Shown here one piece after another: positions 59,763-64,000 of a stretch of DNA of 64,000 nucleotides. Source of the stretch: Marsupella aquatica (lineage: Eukaryota > Plantae > Marchantiophyta); NCBI GenBank assembly GCA_973895155.1, contig OZ316894.1, forward strand, positions 13,449,580 to 13,513,579. The letters run 5' to 3'. The notes under the pieces are model-generated. The model saw nothing but the letters and a program-made list of their open reading frames with translations, searched no databases and was not told the DNA's origin. Positions within the stretch are counted from its first letter, which is position 1. Every line of letters starts with the position of its first letter. A program made the position numbers and the translations under genes.

Positions 59763-61764
59763 TCAGGCAGCCACCTTATGCACGGCTTCGCGGTTGTAGT
59801 CCTTGATTCGTAGATTCAACGCGGCCAGCAAGTTCGGCCAGGTTTCCGGGATGCCTCCACCGACATTGAAATCAAGCAATTTGCCTTTCTCCCGATAGTA
59901 GCCTTCCACTGGAGCGCTCTGCTAAGAATGACGGGCGCACGTTACAAATGCCTAATAAATCTTCCCTCTCGTCTTCAAGGAATAGCATGATACAAAAAGG
60001 AACTGGAAGGGAAGGAGGGGGGGGCGGGAATTTTTGTGCCTAGAAGTCGCAGGGAGGCCTTAGCTAACATCGAGGAGGCGGGACCCTTAGAGAGCACTCT
60101 CAAACAACCTGGGATCAATACTGGTAACATCTAAGTGACTTAATATGGGCCTTCTAAGTGTCCAACAAGCAAAATTCAATCCGTAAAATAATAAATCGAT
60201 CCAAAATAAGAGCTGACGAACTCTCATTCAAAAATTCATGGAGCGAAGCCCACCTCCTCGTGGTATACACGGAGCCTTGTCCTGACCGCTTCGTCGGTAT
60301 CGTCAGCACGAATAGTCATTTTGTCGGAACAACCAGGAGGGGGTAAAAGAGGGGGCATCAATATTCTCGGCTCTCCGTTGGTCCCCTCCACGTCAATTTT
60401 CGCGACGTTGAAGTTACCACCGCATTGACTGCAAATCCTCCTGCCCAAACATTTGGCGATTAAAACGTCCTCGCGCAGTCTCAAGTTCACAACGAGGTCT
60501 AACTCGGTAATATCCTCGAGAACCTCCTGAAATTACGTAGACATTAGATGCCGAACTGTCATGCCAAGATAGAAAGGGCATCTCATGGCAGAAAACCTCT
60601 AGTGGGATTCATTCAAAATTGCAAGGATGGAGTTCAGGATTCAGTAAACATTTATTGCTCCAAGGGGACTAAGAGGACGAGCTTGAAAGCATATTCATTG
60701 AATGTTAATAGGAATGATGACAAAAATCATCATGCATGATTCATTTTGACATACATACATTCCATAGTTCTTTCCATCTGCGAACTTTGGTGAGGCCCTA
60801 GAGTCACTGTCTAGAGGCTTCAGTCTAGAAGCTAAGACCCCAACTCTAGCTTCTGTTCGCGATTTATTAGTAAAATGGGAGCATCTCCCTGGAGAATAAC
60901 CTTACCGCTTGGCTGATAGTTCGAGGAAACCCGTCCAGTATGAATCCTCTTACACCTGCCGAATTTTCTTGCTCGAGGCGCCTAGACAAGAGGTTGAAGA
61001 TAACTTCATCAGGGAGCAACTTCCCTCGGGTCATTGCATCAAATAGCTGCATCGCGAACAACCAACGATTACATATTGTTAATAGTTCGGACTTCTAAAA
61101 TGTAATGATATACTTGATTCACATGGTTGGTTCAGAACGGCAACAAACAGAGATAAGAACAATTGAAATATGTGGTTTGTTAATGGTGCACAAGAGCACA
61201 AGTGAGTGGAAGGAGAAGTACCACCTACATAAGGTCTAAAGTTCGACTGCTTTCAAACCCTCTTTGGCACAGTAAGCCATTTCCGTTGAAAACCTAAGTA
61301 ACCGTTGTTCATTTTAGACACTGACTACCAAAAACAGGAAGACTTCGATCTGCCAAACTTGCGCGCTAAATTATACGTTCTAAACGACAGAAACAATTCG
61401 ATGGTCGAATTTACACAGGAGAAAAAATAAGAACTAGGTAACGCACCTGCTTGGACATCGCTGATGTGCTCTTTAGCTCCTGTCTGACGAGATCACCCAT
61501 GGCGATGTGCGGAACATCGAGCAACTTCGCAAGACGACTGGCGTACGTTCCCTTGCCCACGCCAGGACATCCTAAGAACACCCACTGCGGACCCGACCGT
61601 TCCTCCTGCCTGTGCACATCCTCTAAGCTAGTCAAAGGAACGGAATAAAAATCCGCATCCACGGTTGCTTGAGCTGCCCCTCTAACTTCTCGGATAGAAC
61701 GGTACCTAGTCGCTCCAAGAAATTGCCGCAATCCAGATCGCGAAGGACGGCTAAGAGCCGTCAT
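59763..61764 (-). CDS. ADK: Adenylate kinase, plant organellar type, ~295 aa; exons 61764-61447, 61046-60906, 60526-60254, 59918-59763
   Basis: P-loop WVFLGCPGVGKGTYASRL, GFILDGFPRT, LID region KCLGRRICSQCG, RADDT; three phase-0 GT-AG introns; R/S-rich N-terminus resembling a transit peptide. Confidence 0.93.
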
Positions 61765-62201
61765 CGTTACTGGACGAATCGTCCGAGAGTTTTCTCTCAC
61801 GTTTACACCCTGCGGCCTCCCCACCGCCCAAATCAAAAGGAGTGAATAGACAACGAATAGGCAGCTTCTGCAGCCGTGGTGTGTTCAGAAAACCTTTTGC
61901 TGAGCCCGGACTGGAGGGCATATGTTACTCCATTAAGTACGCAAAATCGCAAGCGATCTAACAATCGACCACCTAGCAAATCTAGGTCTCCACCTACCGT
62001 AGTTCGTAGTGTTGCATTTTTTTACTGTCTCCAGCGTTCGGAGAACATGCGTTGAGTGCCAGCCCGGTGAAGAGGAAACTCCGCCACAAAGCTCGAAAAT
62101 GCAGAGGTGCAGGCGGACGAGCCTTCGCGAGGAAGAGAGGCCGCCGCAAGCAGCCCACTAGCAAAAGTCGAACCCGGAATACGGTGCCGCACAGCAACAT
62201 A

Positions 62202-62297
62202 TGGCAAAACTTACCGGACTAGCGCTGTGTCGAGTGTTACTAGGACCAGTGGCAAAACTTACCGGACGAGCGATGTGTCGAGTGTGACTAGGAGCAG
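62202..62297. repeat. 48-bp tandem duplication upstream of ADK
   Basis: tggcaaaacttaccggac...actagga twice. Confidence 0.8.
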
Positions 62298-62805
62298 TGA
62301 GTAGTAGGGGGCCTCAAACTTTAGGCTCCTGAAAAAAATTTCGAAAGAACAGCTTCTTACTCTGCTTTTTATTTCCGAACTGACCTAAATTTTTAACCTA
62401 CCCCCATTAGTATATATGAGTTACTTTGAGTTCACCCCAGGTGATTTCTCATTGGTGTATTAACACAAGGTGAATCCACCTTATCCTGACCAAGTTTACC
62501 CTCACCTGGCTGGCTCCTTCCCCTTTTTTAATGAGCACTACACATGGTTGGCATGCCCCCCTCTCAAGTTTCAATCCCAATGACCCACCTTGAATCGGGC
62601 AGTAAGCCCAAATGTGGGTTTGTTTACACATGGAAAATATGTATATTTTGGGGGCCACTTTCCTTTAGAGAAGTGGGAGTAGGGTGGGTCATTGTTGTGC
62701 GAGAGTGCATGGTGATCATTGCCCACCACCATGCCCTGTGCACGCCCATTAAGATATTATGGTAGTTTAGGTTCGTCATTTAGAGGCCATATATGCAAGC
62801 TATAG

Positions 62806-63158
62806 TGTTAGGATTTACTCTTAGATTTAGAGTTACAACTTTACCGTAGTCAAGGCTAACCTTAGTCGCAGACTTGGTTAGGTTAGTCATGTTGTGTACA
62901 CTCTATACCTAAGCGGTGTTTGCTTGGAGAGTGGGAACTCAGGCTCATTGTTACAAAGCTAGTTGAGAGATAGCTTGCGTCGTGGATGCATGGTATGGCC
63001 GGTCGGCCGAGAGTACAGTAAAGCTCTTGTGTGTTCCCGTGGACATAGCCTCATGTGGAGGTGAACCACATATCTCTTTGTGTCAACTCTTGTGCGTTTG
63101 ATGGTTCATGGGCTTGTCGTTGTGATTGTCGTCTATACTCAATAATTGGTATCAGAGC
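62806..63158 (+). mobile_element. Degenerate Copia-like 5' LTR (~62806-63144) with tRNA-Met PBS (63147-63158); internal region decayed
   Basis: TGTTAG start (tentative); Copia-type LTR motif cccgtggacatagcc...ggtgaaccac; TGGTATCAGAGC. Confidence 0.55.
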
Positions 63159-64000
63159 ATGACTGGTAGATGACGAGGTTTTTTTGTGACGGTTTTCCAA
63201 CGTTCATTGTCGATGTTGCATTCGGAGTTTTTTGCATGAAACTCAAATGTGTGTGGCTGAGCCGATAGATTAGTGAGAGTGCTTTCTATCGGTGTTTAGA
63301 ACTCATTGATCGGTATCCGTGGTGCGGAGGAATCGGAGTTTGCGTCGTTCTGGATTTTTTGTGCTCGACGGTATTTTGGGGGGGAGGGACCAGAGTTTGT
63401 TTTTGCAATGGTGTGAACTGTGCGGTGTGGGAGGTGTTGCATGTTATAGCTCAAGTTGAAGATTAAGGCAAGCTGGTCGTTTTGGTAGCTGAGGTGCTAC
63501 CAAGTGTTTACCGAGTGCAACGCAACGACTGAAAGAGGCGTTCAGATTTTTTCATAAACTATGGAGCTTATTCTCATCTGAATCGGGTTTCTTGTCGTCG
63601 CATCCAACTGGAAGCAGCAAACACGAAGTGCTAGGGCTCAATGGTGACATCGCGACAATGCGGTCATTTTGAGTCCGGGATTGGCACTTGACGTGGAGAA
63701 AGTGTGACCCGGTGGAAGGTTTTTTTCTCTGTTGAGCTTGCAGACTGTGCCGACACAATTTGACAACATTTCCCGTCCACAGTCATCATTTTAATTCATG
63801 GAATTGGCGGCGGCAAGGTGTGTAATCGGCAAATTTTGTCTTCAAAGTCAATTTTTGCTATTAAAGGGGTTTAAGGGCCTCTTTTGGTGTGCTTACACAC
63901 CAACAGGTGTGTACACACCTCTTGGCCCCGACATACCCCGCATACCCCCTTTCACCCCGCATATCCCCCCTCCCAAGCCTGCATACTCAACCGCAAAGCG

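Overview
Plant-type eukaryotic DNA, possibly from a non-seed plant (inference). About 58 kb is a nest of LTR retrotransposons. It is followed by one intron-containing adenylate kinase gene (minus strand, 59763-61764) and a Copia-like LTR remnant. The main observation is a young, almost intact non-chromovirus Ty3/Gypsy element (660-16387, minus, TSD ACTTG). Its ~4.75-kb LTRs each contain an entire ~1150-1250-aa ORF with a plant-transposon/env-like domain and a long coiled coil, so the extra gene lies inside the LTR rather than in the internal region. The PPT lies within the end of the integrase ORF, directly before this gene. Solo LTRs of the family (22436-27199, 37148-44591) therefore carry the whole gene. 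A 4.0-kb solo LTR with no alignable DNA similarity by eye (28418-32434, TSD AGAAT) carries a clearly homologous ORF, suggesting a lineage-wide gene-in-LTR architecture. The family also has a conserved -1 frameshift signal (G GAU UUU plus a predicted H-type pseudoknot) between protease and RT, and a tRNA-Asn PBS. An older copy (17474-45551) holds four nested solo LTRs. The window also contains a deleted element with non-canonical AGT...ACT termini, a chromovirus-like remnant, and LINE and integrase fragments. All boundaries and TSDs were read by eye; no database searches were run.
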